Below are positions 25,315 through 40,234 of a stretch of 64,000 bases of DNA, piece by piece; the stretch's first letter is position 1, and each line of letters opens with the position of its first letter. The notes under the pieces are model-generated. The model saw nothing but the letters and a program-made list of their open reading frames with translations. It did no database searches and was not told where the DNA came from. Location: positions 346,580,001-346,644,000 of the forward strand of contig OZ024743.1 of assembly GCA_964016885.1 (NCBI GenBank), read 5' to 3'. The DNA is from Eledone cirrhosa (lineage: Eukaryota). A program made the translations under genes and the position numbers.

Positions 25315-26826
25315 CATCGCACAAATGCTTAATGGTATTTGTTTTGAGTTCAAAATTTCGATGGTGTAGAATTTGCTATTTATCCTCCCGGAGTCAATAA
25401 AATAAAGTATATAATCGACTATCGATTCCACACAAAATGCTGTCCTTGTGCCAAAACTAGAAAACATAATTAAGCTCATTTTTGTAACATCGTGACAAAT
25501 GGTACTTACACAAAACATTATGGAATATTTAATTTCGATATTATATCTTTAAAACGCGAAATTTGTGTCATAAAAGTAGGGTTAGTTTCAGGCAAGTGGT
25601 GAGCAAACGCCTTAATTACACACTCTGCAAGTTTTTTCTGTAGAGGCAGTATCACTGAATAGTTATAAAATACATTTCACAATCACGAGATTTGGGGTTT
25701 GGGCTCACTCCGTAGAAAATTTTGCAAGAACATATATTACTATGGCGTTTGTGAGCGTGGGTGTGTATGTGGTTGTGTTAATGTGTGCGTGTATGTTTAT
25801 ATGTTTATATGTGTGTGGGAGTGTGTGCGTGTGCATGTGTCTATGTGTGTTTGAGTGCATACGGAACTAGCATAGTTCGCAATCATCAGGCCCCGTGTTC
25901 GATTTCCATCCATGCTATCACGGCCAAATATCATATACCATCACCTCGTGTTCATCCATGCCGTGCGAGTGAAATTGGAGAGTGGAAAATTGTTTGGAGG
26001 CCCATTAAAAGAACTGTATCTGTAACTCAAAAGGCCAGCCTAAATCTCCCAGGGAATTACTGTAAGGGCAAACGTGTCTATGAAATGAATTTCGTAAGCA
26101 GACTGTTTCATTGATTAAACAGCTGGAATACTCATTGTCGAAACCGAAGGAGGTCCATTAAACATGCAAATATATATATATTCATATATGTGTATTTGCA
26201 TGTATGTATATATGTATGTATATCCAAATACACACACAAACACAAACATCCAAGCACAGCCAGCACATACACAAACAAACAAACATGCTTCTCACATATT
26301 CACATATTCACATATTGATGTATGCAAATGTATGTATACCGCAGAGAACCACACTTTCGTAGTGAATGTTTGTCTTACAGAGGAGAACAGCCATGTCTTT
26401 TAAAGGAAGATTAATGGTAATTTTCCCATGGGTAGCATCAGATTTGTGAGTACCAGCAGCAGATTATAAAAACCAGCATTTCTTGGCTTGTTTCTTCGCT
26501 TCAGATTTTCACTAATGTGTATGTATTAGCGACATTCATTAAGCCTTCTATGGTGTAAATGTTATTGCTCTACCATTTATACATATTTAACCTCATGTAA
26601 AGGCTGATGAATGATTAATTGGTATGGGTGTAGTGTATGTATGTGAGTGCATATATATATATATATATATCTGTGTGCGCCTACGTACGATAATTCATGT
26701 GTTCTATCTAGCTAGCTACGAACGGATTTCATACTACTTTAGAAGAAGACTTAATAGTTATATGAGAAATTAATGACGATTTCGGACATTTTAAATTAAT
26801 ACATCCCAAACACGCGTTATTACAAG

Positions 26827-26868
<42 letters not shown>

Positions 26869-29291
26869 AATCATGGATGCATGTATATATACATGTAGAT
26901 ATACACATACATATATATTCATACATGTATATATGTATGCGTGTATATGTGTCTGGTCGTGTGTAATAGTAGTTCCGGATCACAGTTAATTTTGTTAGAG
27001 ATTGGTTTTTAATATTAATGGCCTGGATGAATCAAACGAAGACTGACTCGTTTCCAATGCTCTGCTAGTGTTATATCTCCTTACTGTCATCTAAATCTCC
27101 ACCACATCACCTCCGCACTCATTTTCTTGTGACTTCTTGAGAGAAGGAACTGAAATTCATAGGATGCATTTCAGTGATTCCAACACTAGTAGGAAGAATA
27201 GGAATTATCCTTAGATTGGCGAACCTGTCCACATGATAGATGAAATGAAAACTCCGATAAAGTGACCCATGGGCTAGATGGTGTTAATGTTAAACCGAGT
27301 GATGGAATAACTCTCTAAAAAGAAAAGAAATAACCAACTTCCACGCAAATGCCATTAACCAAATCCATCCGCAAGGTTATCGTCTACTCAATACTTTGAG
27401 AGAAAACGTCTATTCATAATGTCACGCTGCAGGTCGAAATACAGAATAACGTAGCCGCAATATGAAACCACTGGCACGCGTCAATTCGACAAATGTGCTA
27501 ATAACAATTATAATATTTATCCTTTTTGCTTTATTTTTTCATGTGGGTTTCATAGACACAGAAAAGCATAAGCAAAACAACAGACATTATAATCTATCAA
27601 TTTGAAATATACGTTGGCGTGCCTAAAAAATATATGTCAATTTCGTTTTTCATTAAACATCATGCTCATACATCCTCGCCTTTTGGCGTCCACGAATGAA
27701 CCTACCACCCTACATTACTGGTACATTGATTGTTGTGGATCAGACTTCAGTGAGTTCAGAACATAGAAATATGCCGCATGAAACTAAAGAATTCTAAAAA
27801 TTGTTTCTTTTGATTTTAGTCATGTGTCGGATCTGTTTAATTAAACGTCTGATCAAACCCATACCAGTCATTTGTATTCGGTATTTTATTTAGACATGGT
27901 GTATCTAGAACTGCATTATGTAATATGACCTTTCATCAAGCTGTAGAATGTGACTGATTTGTAACAAATTTGGCTGCAATTTCTAGCAAGTAGCGGAGCC
28001 AAGTAGCAGTCCCCTCATTGGATGGAAATCATTTAGCTTGATAATCTTTCGTTTTCTCCTAACTTTCAATTGCCACCGAGTGAAATTATTAATGAATAGT
28101 GACAAGCGTAGATGCGACAGTGTATCTGTTAAACGTTCGATGGCAGTTACTTGATGCCAGGCTCGAACATATTGCCGGGCATAACGAAGTAGGGCCATTT
28201 ACTATAACCTTGCGATCCTCGGCAGTTCTTGAATGAAATTTGGCAAACAGAAACTGTGCGGGAGCCCGTTTTATACACATATACACACGCAAGAATGTGT
28301 GTATATGTGAGTGTGTGAATGTTTGTGTGTTTGTGTGTGTGTGTGTTTCCATACGCAGACATGCTCATGTATATGGTTGCGATGCACTATATTTTGACGT
28401 ATATAATTGGACCTCCACTGTAAACTGAAAAGAAGTGGAAAATTTATTACATCATGTTAGTGAATTGTGATATGATATATTGGGTGAGAATCTAATATTT
28501 ACTCTGTCAGAAGCGTTTTAGTGTGAAGGTTAGTAATTTAAAAGTGGGACTGGGAAAGTCCTTTATAGTGTAAGCGTAGAGGCTAAATTAACAGTAAAGT
28601 ATTTTAAGAGGCCGATTAGGAGGTATTTTTTAATATGTCTGCAATTAGTGAGCATGTTATGTATTGCTTAGTCTTACTTCAATATATATCAAAAGATGTT
28701 AAAACTGTTAACTCCTTTGTTTACCAATACACATATATCAGGCTTGTCAACTCTCTCCATCTGACGGGGAGATTTCACACCCACTTTGGGTTGGGTGAGG
28801 GATGTATTTTCTTGTGAAAATGGGTATAGCTTTCATTATGTAAAATTTCCCCATTTTGCTTCCTTTCTCCCCGTTTAGGGGCACTTTTATTCGTGATGCT
28901 CCCGTTTGGGTTTTTAGAGGTTGGCAGGTCTAATATATAATCTAAACAAATGTAACGTTCTAAATTTGTTTATTTCGGTGAGGACATTATCACTATTAAT
29001 AATTTCGTTTACTCCAGGAAAATACGCTACAACCTTACTCTTACATTTCTGTTTCAAGGGATGTTACTCGTCATTTCTTCATGTTCACCTCATATTGTCT
29101 TCCTAAAAATTAGTAAGTCGTTCAAATAAAATAAATTCCATGTTTCATGTGCAAAAATAGCTGAGCTTGATTTTCTTTCTATTGAATAAATACTTATCTA
29201 TGATTGAATGTGAAATCTGTCGATAACGATTAAAATAATGATTGGTATATTGCAATTAACATTTAGAAAGCAGGTATATAAATATATATAT

Positions 29292-29414
29292 ATATGAATA
29301 CCCTTGAAATACGTATTATAAAATAAATATGGTATTATAAAGATATTTTTCATTTATTAATATTATTGATATATATATATATATTATAAAGATATTTTCA
29401 TTTATTAATATTAT

Positions 29415-29462
<48 letters not shown>

Positions 29463-29537
29463 ATAATATTAATAAATGAAAAATATCTTTATAATACCAT
29501 ATTTATTTTATAATACGTATTTCAAGGGTATTCATAT
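29292..29537. repeat. Near-perfect palindrome centred on (AT)n
   Basis: atatgaatacccttgaaatacg...attattgat (29292-29370) is mirrored at about 29459-29537; internal ~48-bp tandem duplication. Confidence 0.92.
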
Positions 29538-29564
29538 TTTAGTACGCTTTCGTCTAATAAAATA
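29504..29564 (-). ncRNA. Degenerate hammerhead (family B)
   Basis: tattttat-TAGACGA-aagcgtactaaaatatgaataccctt-GAAA-tacgta-TT-ataaaata; homologous to 58527-58591. Confidence 0.55.
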
Positions 29565-29711
29565 TAATAATTGGTGTAAAGATTGGTGTAAAATATAATA
29601 ATTGGTGTAAAGATAGTGACATATCTTCATGTGAACTTCGTATAAAGTTGAGTGCTTCTAGCCTGTTGTAAATTAACTTTGTTGAATAATCAAGAAACCA
29701 AATAACTCATT

Positions 29712-29745
<34 letters not shown>

Positions 29746-30220
29746 CCGCGAAGGCCATATGAAGTTCATATGAAGTTCTTTATGCAAATAAAATATTACA
29801 TATTTTTATCTGGTATCTATGGTTAGGTGATGTATTCAGATTGCGACCATCGAATCGAGTTCACCTGATAGAACTTTTAGATATAAAGACAAGCTTATAA
29901 ATTTCACTCCTCTCTAAACCTATATACCGTTGAAGGAAGTGGGGGTCAGTATCACGATTTGCACTACTCCGGCTAAGTCTCATTTATTTTGCAAGTGGAA
30001 TTCATACGAGGGCCGGTCAGCTAGATGTGAACAAGCTCTATACCGAGCCTTGCATTGATAAACTATAGAAGTCGCATGTCCTCATCTCTAAAAATGATAT
30101 TAGATGAACTAGGGCTGTTGTTTATATGGTGATTACATCACCTAATCACTTACCGCAGAAAAATGTGTATAATAGCTCATTTGAATAAATTTAAAAAGAA
30201 TGTTAAATAGCCTTCGCTAT
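29746..30220. mobile_element. Old MITE with long diverged TIRs
   Basis: gcgaaggccatat / atagccttcgc ends; ttaggtgatgta..gttcacctgata..ttttagatataaagacaagc mirrored by gcatgtcctcatctctaaaa..tagatgaac..tacatcacctaa. Confidence 0.6.
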
Positions 30221-30466
30221 CTTTTTATAGTATTTATACTCTGTCTTGGACTACCATAATGTATTTGGATTGGTACATGCCGTTGACTGATTAGGATGAG
30301 GATTACGCAATATATTCTAGGGCGGGTAAGATTCCCGAGATCCATGGAAGATACTTACCGTTTATTAATATTATTGAAATTACACTCCAGAAAAAAATCC
30401 TGTAGAATGCTTCGAACCTGTTATAAATACATTTTTTGAATGACCAACAAATTAAATAACTCTTTG

Positions 30467-30523
<57 letters not shown>

Positions 30524-30561
30524 ATAATATAGGATCAAAAGATGGTTAAAAGAGTTCCATG

Positions 30562-30632
30562 TATTTTATTATGCGCATTTCAAAAACAAATATCATCATG
30601 AGATGACATTTGCGTTTTCGTCAGATAAAATA
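30562..30632 (-). ncRNA. Type I minimal hammerhead ribozyme, intact core (family B)
   Basis: tattttat-CTGACGA-aaacg-caaatgtcatc/tcat/gatgatatttg-ttttt-GAAA-tgcgca-TA-ataaaata: 8-bp stem I, 11-bp inner stem II, palindromic stem III, AUA site. Confidence 0.85.
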
Positions 30633-30725
30633 GGGATACATGATAAGAAGGTTAAAAATCACTTGTGAATAGTGAAGTTTTAAATCAACATATTGCTTTA
30701 TTGTACTACAATAAAACTCACCTCC

Positions 30726-30767
<42 letters not shown>

Positions 30768-31019
30768 CAAAAAGTTATTTAATTTGTTGTTTATTCAACA
30801 AATTTATTTATATATATATTTATATATAAGGATAGAACCAGTTTAAAGGTAGTTTGACCATTACCCAACATAGTATTCGATACTTGGGATAGTAGAGTAT
30901 GGCTATATTATAAAGATTCCAGAGCCGACGGCTGTGCGTTTGCCGTTTCTACAGCTATTTCCAGACAAGAGTCTAGAAGTAACTGTTGAAACAGCAAGAG
31001 CTCACCCTTCGGATCCCGC

Positions 31020-31155
<136 letters not shown>

Positions 31156-31233
31156 TAGCTTCTTTGTATAGGAATCTCATATTTTCACATTTTCAAATGG
31201 CAAACTTCTCCAGTACTTCGATAGTTGATGAGG

Positions 31234-31505
<272 letters not shown>

Positions 31506-32198
31506 TGTGCGTGTGTGTAAATTTGTGTGCGTGTGTGTATGTTTGTGTTTGTGTGTGTGTGTGTGTGCATGCCTTTGGTGGGTGGGCTGAAGTGTGAGGC
31601 AGGCAGACAGACAGTTGGTGTGTGAGGTAGGGTGTTTTAGACTGACATTTGTAACAGCCAGGTGAAAAACAAGTTTGTGCTTATTGTTTATGTTTTATTC
31701 ATTTATTCATTCATTTTTGTTATACATATGCTAGGAGGTTGCACTCAATGACTGGTTGCTGCATATTATGGCAATGATCCCATAAATGCAGATGCAACTA
31801 AATGTGTATCTACAGACAGCCTGCAGCTATACATCCCTCACCAGTGAAGGAATGTTGGAAATACTGCAGATAATAACGCTGATGAACAGATGAGCTTTAT
31901 GAATAGAGGTGCAGATATATAGATTACTTAACACAAAAGATAATCCTTTGTACCACCACCCTCTTCCATCTCCTATATCCCCCTCTCTATATCCCTCCAT
32001 CTATCACTTTCTTTCCCTTTCTATCTATCTGCTTATATATAAATATCTATCTATTTATCTTTATCTACCACATATACATACACGCATTCCTTCATCCTCA
32101 TATTCATAAAATACAAAAGCCTAGGAATAATCACATACATAGATGCACAAACACATACATCCTGACATCACTATTCTCTTCAAAATATCTTAATTGCA

Positions 32199-32201
<3 letters not shown>

Positions 32202-32286
<85 letters not shown>

Positions 32287-32320
32287 CTATATATCTATCT
32301 ATCTATCTATCTATCTATCT
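32202..32320. repeat. (CT)n then (CTAT)n microsatellite
   Basis: Direct reading. Confidence 0.95.
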
Positions 32321-32482
32321 CTCTTATATAATCTTGCATTTACCCACCCAAATAGAATAGTTAAATAATACACACACATGCGCGCATGTATGTGTGTGTG
32401 CTTGTGTATACATCTGAGTATATGATAAAGACAGAGCGCGTGTGAGAATATATATATATATACATGTATATATGTATATATA

Positions 32483-32549
<67 letters not shown>

Positions 32550-34429
32550 GCATATGTACACTTGTACACTCACATTCATACACGGTATTTCTACGCCTAC
32601 ATATAAACATATTTCACTAAACTCAAATATACACAAACACGGAGAGTTACAGTGTATGGAAGGAACATATTAGTTTAACGCTTCCAGACTTATGTATATA
32701 TGTATGTGTGAGTTCCGGGTTCAATCGTAACCACAGTAAGTGAAGAACTCAATATATTAGTGAAGTATATATAAAAATTTATATGGAAATGGCTTCTACA
32801 GGACAAGAACTGTTTCATATATATACATATATATATATATAGTAAAAAAAAATAGAGGTGTAACACACGAATTGTGATATATTAGTAAAAAGGAAAAGAA
32901 AATGCTGACAAATGTTTCCCAGTGAAAAATAGCTTAATTAGGAATAAGTATAAATTAGTAATAAGTATTGGTTTGTATTCAGTTTTAGTTTTAAGTTTTT
33001 ACCGGTTGCGCATTTCTAATGCTTTTCAAAAATAATTGTGAGGTAGAGAGCTCGTGATGTTTGCTCTAATCTGATCAGTTTGGGAAATTCTTCCTGTTTT
33101 ATGTGAAAAAAAGTGGCTCCAGAGGTATTAAGATTTGGTTGGTTGTTGAATGTCACGTGAATAAGTACTATAAATTTCGCGCCAATATATATATATATTC
33201 GCCTTTCATTCCACTGGGATCGAGAAAATTTGCTGGTCTTGTGCCTCAATTAGAAATCAATATGCCCATGTATTTTTTTGTTAAATGATATTACTGATTT
33301 GTCTCCTTTAAAATGATACAGCTTCCGGTGTTTTCTTCACTGGAATTATTTAAAATGGCCACCTCACTAATAGTTTTTCCTTAAAATAGAAAACAATTCT
33401 TTCAAAATAAATGATTTATTTTCTTTTTTCATTTGAATAGCAAAAGTCATCTTATATATGTGGCAACAAATCTTCTATTCAACGCATATTTATATGTTCA
33501 TATTCATATCCATTTTCCCCAAATTGGGTTAAATTAATGGATTAAACTGCATTTCTTGACTGCGTGCTAGTTTTTTGGTTTTTATTCATAGTGTTGGGGT
33601 CCAATTTTTGAAGATGTGAATCCTATAGATTATCATGTAAATAAATATAAATCTACCTATAATTAATTAATCCTAATATATATGTATAATTAGTTACAAC
33701 AGTGATATATACAGGTACTTAAGTTTCATTGGGTAGTACACCCCAACTCATTCAGCCTGTTATATAAAATAAAAATGGCTGCCTCCACAGGTTGATTTGA
33801 GGTTTTTTAGAAAATATAAGAGAGTTGTTCTAGGGCTTATGATTTTGAATTTAGCTAATATAAGAAAATCTTTTAGATAATGTATAGGGATGTAACTATA
33901 AAATACACAAACTACAAAAGCTGTGGGGACTTGTGCAGGGTTAGTAATTCAAAGAAATATAATTTGTTGTAGTTAATAACAGTTAGTCTGGTCTATAACA
34001 TTTTCTCAGACTGAAATTCGCTTCGTGTGTAGAGTGACTAAAGTAGTCGAGGCGGGTATTTAACCAGTGTTTCTCTAAACTCAGTTTCGAGAGTGTATTC
34101 CACTCTCCCGATTTGCAAAATGTTGTCCCATAAACATATATACTAATATACACTAATATATTCCATTTAATGGAGTGTTATATCTGTGTTTGTTGGGTAT
34201 GTGGTGTCTGTGTTTTCTGTTGTGTGTGTGTATGATTCCTGGTGTTTATGTCCAGATGATTATGTGTTGTGTTTTATTTTTTCGTAGTTTGAGGTTCCCC
34301 CTTATGTTCACTTCGAAAAGAGGAGGTCCTGGTGTCTATTTCAGATATTAGTGGAGTATTTCTGTTTATGAGGAGACGGAGAAACAGTGAGTGGGGTAAA
34401 GCTTATTTTCACGGATCTCCTGAGTGACT

Positions 34430-34810
34430 GATTTTGATGAAATTCGTCATTGTTGATGGCGGTGATCATTCAGCTGCTGTTGTTGGTGATGTTGTTTGTT
34501 TGGGTGCTGTAGTTGCTACTGTTGGTGTTTGTGGTGCCGTAGATGATGTTGTTGTTTGTTGTTGCTGAGGCTCCGGAATTAGCAGCAAGTGGACCCTGTA
34601 GTTCCGTCTTTTGTTGAGGGCAAAATTATTTTGTATGTATGGTTATTGCCGAAGTTTACTACCAATTTCAACAGGTTACAGTAAGAGAAAGTGTTATCGC
34701 AGGAGGGATATTAGGTTAAGGAGTTACCGGCTTGAAACGGGGCTTGGGATGCCATATGGTCTTTTACCGTTCTGTAGATATCTGTTGCCCTTGAAATCTG
34801 GCTGCATATA
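34430..34810 (-). mobile_element. LINE ORF1-like relic
   Basis: FCPQQKTELQGPL followed by an Asn/Thr-rich tract, similar to 18950-19330. Confidence 0.35.
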
Positions 34811-35541
34811 AACCATCTTTAACAAAACGACAAGACGCGGGAAGAAGTCGGCGCTGAATCCAGTGACGTAAAGGAATTTACAGCAGAAGATAATGCAATG
34901 AGCTGTATATATCGAAAATGATATTACGATTTTTTCGTGGAGAAAAAATACGGTACACAAAAATTACACAAAAATATCCGTGTTGTATGTGTGTTCGAGT
35001 GTTAATCCTTCGTCAGCAGATTACAATAGTAGATAAATTTGAAAATATAAAATAGGAAAAGTGAGACATGTGAATGTGTGTGTTGTTTATAATTTCTTAC
35101 GTGTATCACCATATATATTGGTGGAATGATCTATAAATTATTCGTGGTAGTGTCTAAGAGTGCCTGGCTATATTAACATGGTGTATGTGTTTGGTTCGTC
35201 TGTGTCAAAAATGTTGTCAAATATGAAAGAAATTATTAATTATAAATATATATCTGGTCATTTTGTATCCGTTCATTAAGAAGAACGAAACTCAACTTCA
35301 ATATGATCTAACTGAAGTTGAAATTATCAATACAAAACTAACAAAAAAAAAACAGTTAAAGGGTTATACCAACCACACTATACAACACTAATTTAGAAAA
35401 GCGTGTGTATATATGCTGATGAGAGCTGACAAAAGGAAAAAGAGGGAGATAGGAAAGGAAGATAAAAAAGGTTACAGAAGATCGTTTTGTAAAAAGTAAA
35501 CAAAAAAAACTCCCGCAAACCTAAGGTCACAGTCCCAAAAA

Positions 35542-35582
<41 letters not shown>

Positions 35583-36408
35583 CTATATATATATATATAA
35601 TATATATGTTTGTATGTATATAATATATGTATTTTTATATATATATTCAGGTGTGTGTAATCGCATTGCTTTAATGCCAAGACTTCCATGTATGTGCATA
35701 TTATGCAATGTTGGAATGCTTTAATGTTTCTGGATAATTATATCTGACCGACCATCTTTAGTAGCTTCTCTCCATCCTCTTTATTCTGTTTACTCCCCCT
35801 TCCTTCTTATGCTGCATCACTATCTACCATAATTTCTCACACACACACATATATATACACACCACCACACACACTCACACTCATATATATATATAAATTT
35901 ACACACACATATATATATGTATATATACATAAGTATATATACATATGTATATGTATATAAATATGTATGTGTGTGTGTGTCTGCGAGCATATAAACATAC
36001 GTACTTACATATATATGTATAAGTGTGTATATATATATATATGAATACCTATGTAAGTATATATGTATATATATTCACGTGTGTGTGTGTGTTCTGTTTG
36101 TGTTTACACAAAAAGGCATATACACATTTATTGATATCGCATTTTGTTTGTCCAACTTGCATGCTATTCTGTGAACAATAGCGTCGGTCAACAATACCTT
36201 CAGTGACCCTATATGGCAACATCTCACTCAGTTGTCCTTTCATCATGGTCATTTACTTCGCTTCTCTGCAGAAGCTTACACTGCCTCGGGCTCCGTTAGT
36301 TGGTCATTGATTTCTAAATGGTAAGGGGTGTGGACGGGGCAAAATTTCTGGCAAGCTATACAATAGAACCCACTGTGTTGGAAGCGCATCTCTATTACAC
36401 CGTTTGAG

Positions 36409-36650
<242 letters not shown>

Positions 36651-37642
36651 TGTGTGTCCGTGTTTCTGCGTCTGTTTGTAAAGATGGAGAGAGACAGAGA
36701 GATGGTGTATATGTGTAACATACATTTATATGTTTATATATATATATATATTTGTTTCTTCATGTGCACGATTACTTCTAAAGAAATATTTTTTATATAT
36801 TTATGTTTGTGTAAATGTCAAAAAAGAAAATATATATATATATACTTTATACATTCATTCATTCACACATACATTTGTCGATGCATACGTGCATACATAC
36901 ATACTTACATACATTCACTATACGTTATAACCTGAAATAGGTGTGCTATGTATACATCAGCATTTATGTACGTGGAAATATCCAAGTCTATGTACGTGTC
37001 TGCGTGCGTAAATAGATATATAAAGAGTTTATATCATACAGGTATACTATAAAGTATTTTAAAATAGATATATCGATTTGGTAGTAAATAATTAATCACC
37101 AATCACGAACATATTGGTGATTCTGTTATACCCACACTTCCGCTTCGCTCTCCGTCCCTCGCGGCCGGATCTGTATTCGGAAATTTGAGAGACGTCAATA
37201 CGTTTTTGAAAAAAAAAATCAGTTAGGCTTACTATTTTTAATTTTTTACTTGTATTCCTCTATAAGTCTGTTGTATCTGTCGGAGTTGATGCTGTTTCTC
37301 TTGTTGGATTTGCTGCTGATATTGTGAATTTTGTTTATCCCAAAGCCAACCAGTATAGGTCAACTAGTATTAATAAAACAGTATTTCACTTTTAAGCAGG
37401 CTGTTTTTATTTTTATTTTTAGATACTATGTAATGTTATGCAATGTGACCTTCAATTTTAAAGAGAGTAGTGTAAATTTGATTTAGATTTATTAATTCAC
37501 ACAATACATGAATTTTCCTCAGGAGATGGGCGATATAGAAGAGGTAAGGCAACCTCCAACGTCTATATTTTATATGCAAATGAATATATCTTAGACTTTA
37601 AACTTCACTGATGATTAGTAAAGATCCTGAAATATATAAGCT

Positions 37643-37673
<31 letters not shown>

Positions 37674-38083
37674 AAAAGGACGACCTGTTAGGTCTTCATT
37701 AGGTCTATTGAGTTTCGCGATTGATCAGATCAAGGTTCGATCTGCATCGATCTGGCCCGAATCTATATACATATATTTATATATATTTGTGTGTGTAATC
37801 CTGTTATATAATTCCGAAATAACACCCAAGAAATCGTCTGGTCTTACACCAAAATCGGATGAGAGTGCTAGGCCATCGAAATAGGTATAATGCTTTTCCA
37901 ATCCCGCCTGTTGTTGTTGTACTGAATAGATAACTCCGTTCCTGCACCAGCCACCTGATAGCACATCTACGGTCAATGATTTGCATTACGTTGAGTGCTT
38001 TAATTAATTAATTGCATTTATTGCATAATCGTTACCAAACTCAACCACCAATTCTTCCCATTGGTAAATAGCTCAATATAAAT

Positions 38084-38155
<72 letters not shown>

Positions 38156-38902
38156 TGTGTGTGTGCGTGTGTGTGCGTGTGCGTGTGCGTGTGTGTGTGT
38201 GTATACTTACATATGCATATAAATATATACATTTATACATATACATTTTATTTCTAAATACAGAATAGTATATACTTCCATTAACGCCTCTATTTTACAC
38301 TAGAAAGGCTGTATATATTAGTAATAGCTATAAGACATTGGTACAGAAACGATGGGACTCCGTCGGTTTAGACGATGAGAATTCGTATTTTTCGATCAAT
38401 GGATCTGAATATGCATGAAATTTAAGTCAGTAACACTTAACAAAATTCTCATTGACATTTAGTGTGACACATGATGGGACGAAACTGGTCTATTAAACTA
38501 TAATCTCACACACAACGTATGTTTTGACCCGTAGCTGTGGTAAATTATACTTATCCAAGATGTCACACAGTGCGATCGAACTCGAGATATAATGAATTAG
38601 AAGCGAACTTCTTAGAATATCAGCAACTACCGACACTAAAGCTGGTGGATTCGCGGTCAGAATGTCTGAGAAGATAGTTATACACTGTGAAGAAAATACA
38701 GTGCAGAACGCAAACAGGAACATCAAACTTAACAAAACGTGTATATGGAGAGGACATAAAATAAAATACACGTTCAACATTAAGATCGACCAATATCAGT
38801 TAGAAACATAGAATCCTTGTTAAGTGAACTCACGCATGTTTTGTCTCCAAAAAGGTTTTGTCAGTTTCTTTCTCTTCACACTTTCGTTTATCTTCCCATT
38901 AC

Positions 38903-38940
38903 GTCTTCTAATGAAAGAATAACAACCGAAACGTTAAGAC
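38903..38940 (+). ncRNA. Degenerate minimal hammerhead (family C)
   Basis: gtctt-CTAATGA-aagaataacaacc-GAAA-cg-TT-aagac; 5-bp stem I; downstream ~100 bp homologous to 40780-40870. Confidence 0.55.
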
Positions 38941-39104
38941 TCTTTTCTTATTATATCAAGCGTTAAAGCAACGTATATTTTCATTGTACTCTATCGTTTC
39001 TCTGTGTTACTTTCCGTTTACTTTTTAAACACACTGGCACACGCACACACAGACACATACAGACACTCAAAGATACACACATACATCGACAGGTGATCGA
39101 CTTT

Positions 39105-39291
39105 CCTCAAATCGGACCGGGGAAACAATGTTTCCGTTGGTCTTTCCAATTGCTAATAGTCTCTATCGGTTGCAACTCCAGGTAGAAGGACCAACGTAAA
39201 ATAAAGGGTCTTGCTCAAGGATATAAAGCATCACCCGGTTCGAACACGCAACCTCACGATTGCGAATTCTCTTACCACTTAGCCACGCGCC
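39105..39291 (-). mobile_element. tRNA-derived SINE, second family (CORE-like)
   Basis: Minus strand ggcgcgtggctaagtggtaag (A box), gttcgaaccg (B box), tccttgagcaagaccctttatttt. Confidence 0.7.
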
Positions 39292-39294
39292 TAT

Positions 39295-39480
<186 letters not shown>

Positions 39481-40147
39481 TTAGAATCGGCACTATCATA
39501 GCGTGGTGGATATGAGAACACATACGATATGCTTATGTATAATAAGCATAGGAGTCTTGTTATCATTGTTTACGCTCTGACTATGTTACAATTATCTCAG
39601 TAGCAGTGAGAATGCCATATAGCTATATCTAGGCTTTTTATCCACCATCAGTGACATTTAGTCACTCACTACTGACACAAAATAAATTGCAGCCTATCTG
39701 GAGTTTGCTTCTGAAACATTGGTTACAGATGCTCATTTGCATATATATTTTGGATATACAAACATTATCCACTGATTGAATCGTAGGGGCGCCCTCGGTA
39801 CATTTTCTGCTTTGATAACATGCGGAGCCTATTCCTCTCCAAGTATGAATACAACTAATGCACGTAAAAGAGAAACGTTGAGTGAGACAATGAGTAATCG
39901 GAATACAGGAAGGATCACACCAACACTTGAGTGGTAGTTCAAGTATGAACTCATTACACAAAGATCTGTTACATTTACCACGAGATATTCTACCTAACAT
40001 GTTAACGGATAGGTACGTCAAACGGATAAGTACCTGCCTAAAGAGTCAAACAAGTTGATTGAGAAAAATGTCTGAAAGAGACGACTAGAATATTCGAATA
40101 TTCGAATATGATATTATATATGATATTATATTTGAAAGGCATGTTAA

Positions 40148-40234
40148 CTTTACCTTTCATCCTTACGGGGTCGATAAAATAAAGTACCAGTAATGCACTG
40201 GTTAATTGCTGGCCTTGTGCCTAAAGTAGAAACA
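40148..40234 (+). mobile_element. SINE family A, 5' truncated, 23-bp flanking duplication
   Basis: attatatttgaaaggcatgttaa at 40125-40147 and 40235-40257. Confidence 0.93.

Noticed and set aside
34981-35020. Minus-strand ctgacga-aggattaacactc-gaac motif
   Set aside because: GAAA altered and stems weak; possible decayed HHR but not supportable
37603-37645. ctgatga-ttagtaaagatcct-gaaa-tatata as a hammerhead
   Set aside because: Core and spacing fit but stems I and II do not pair; at best heavily decayed
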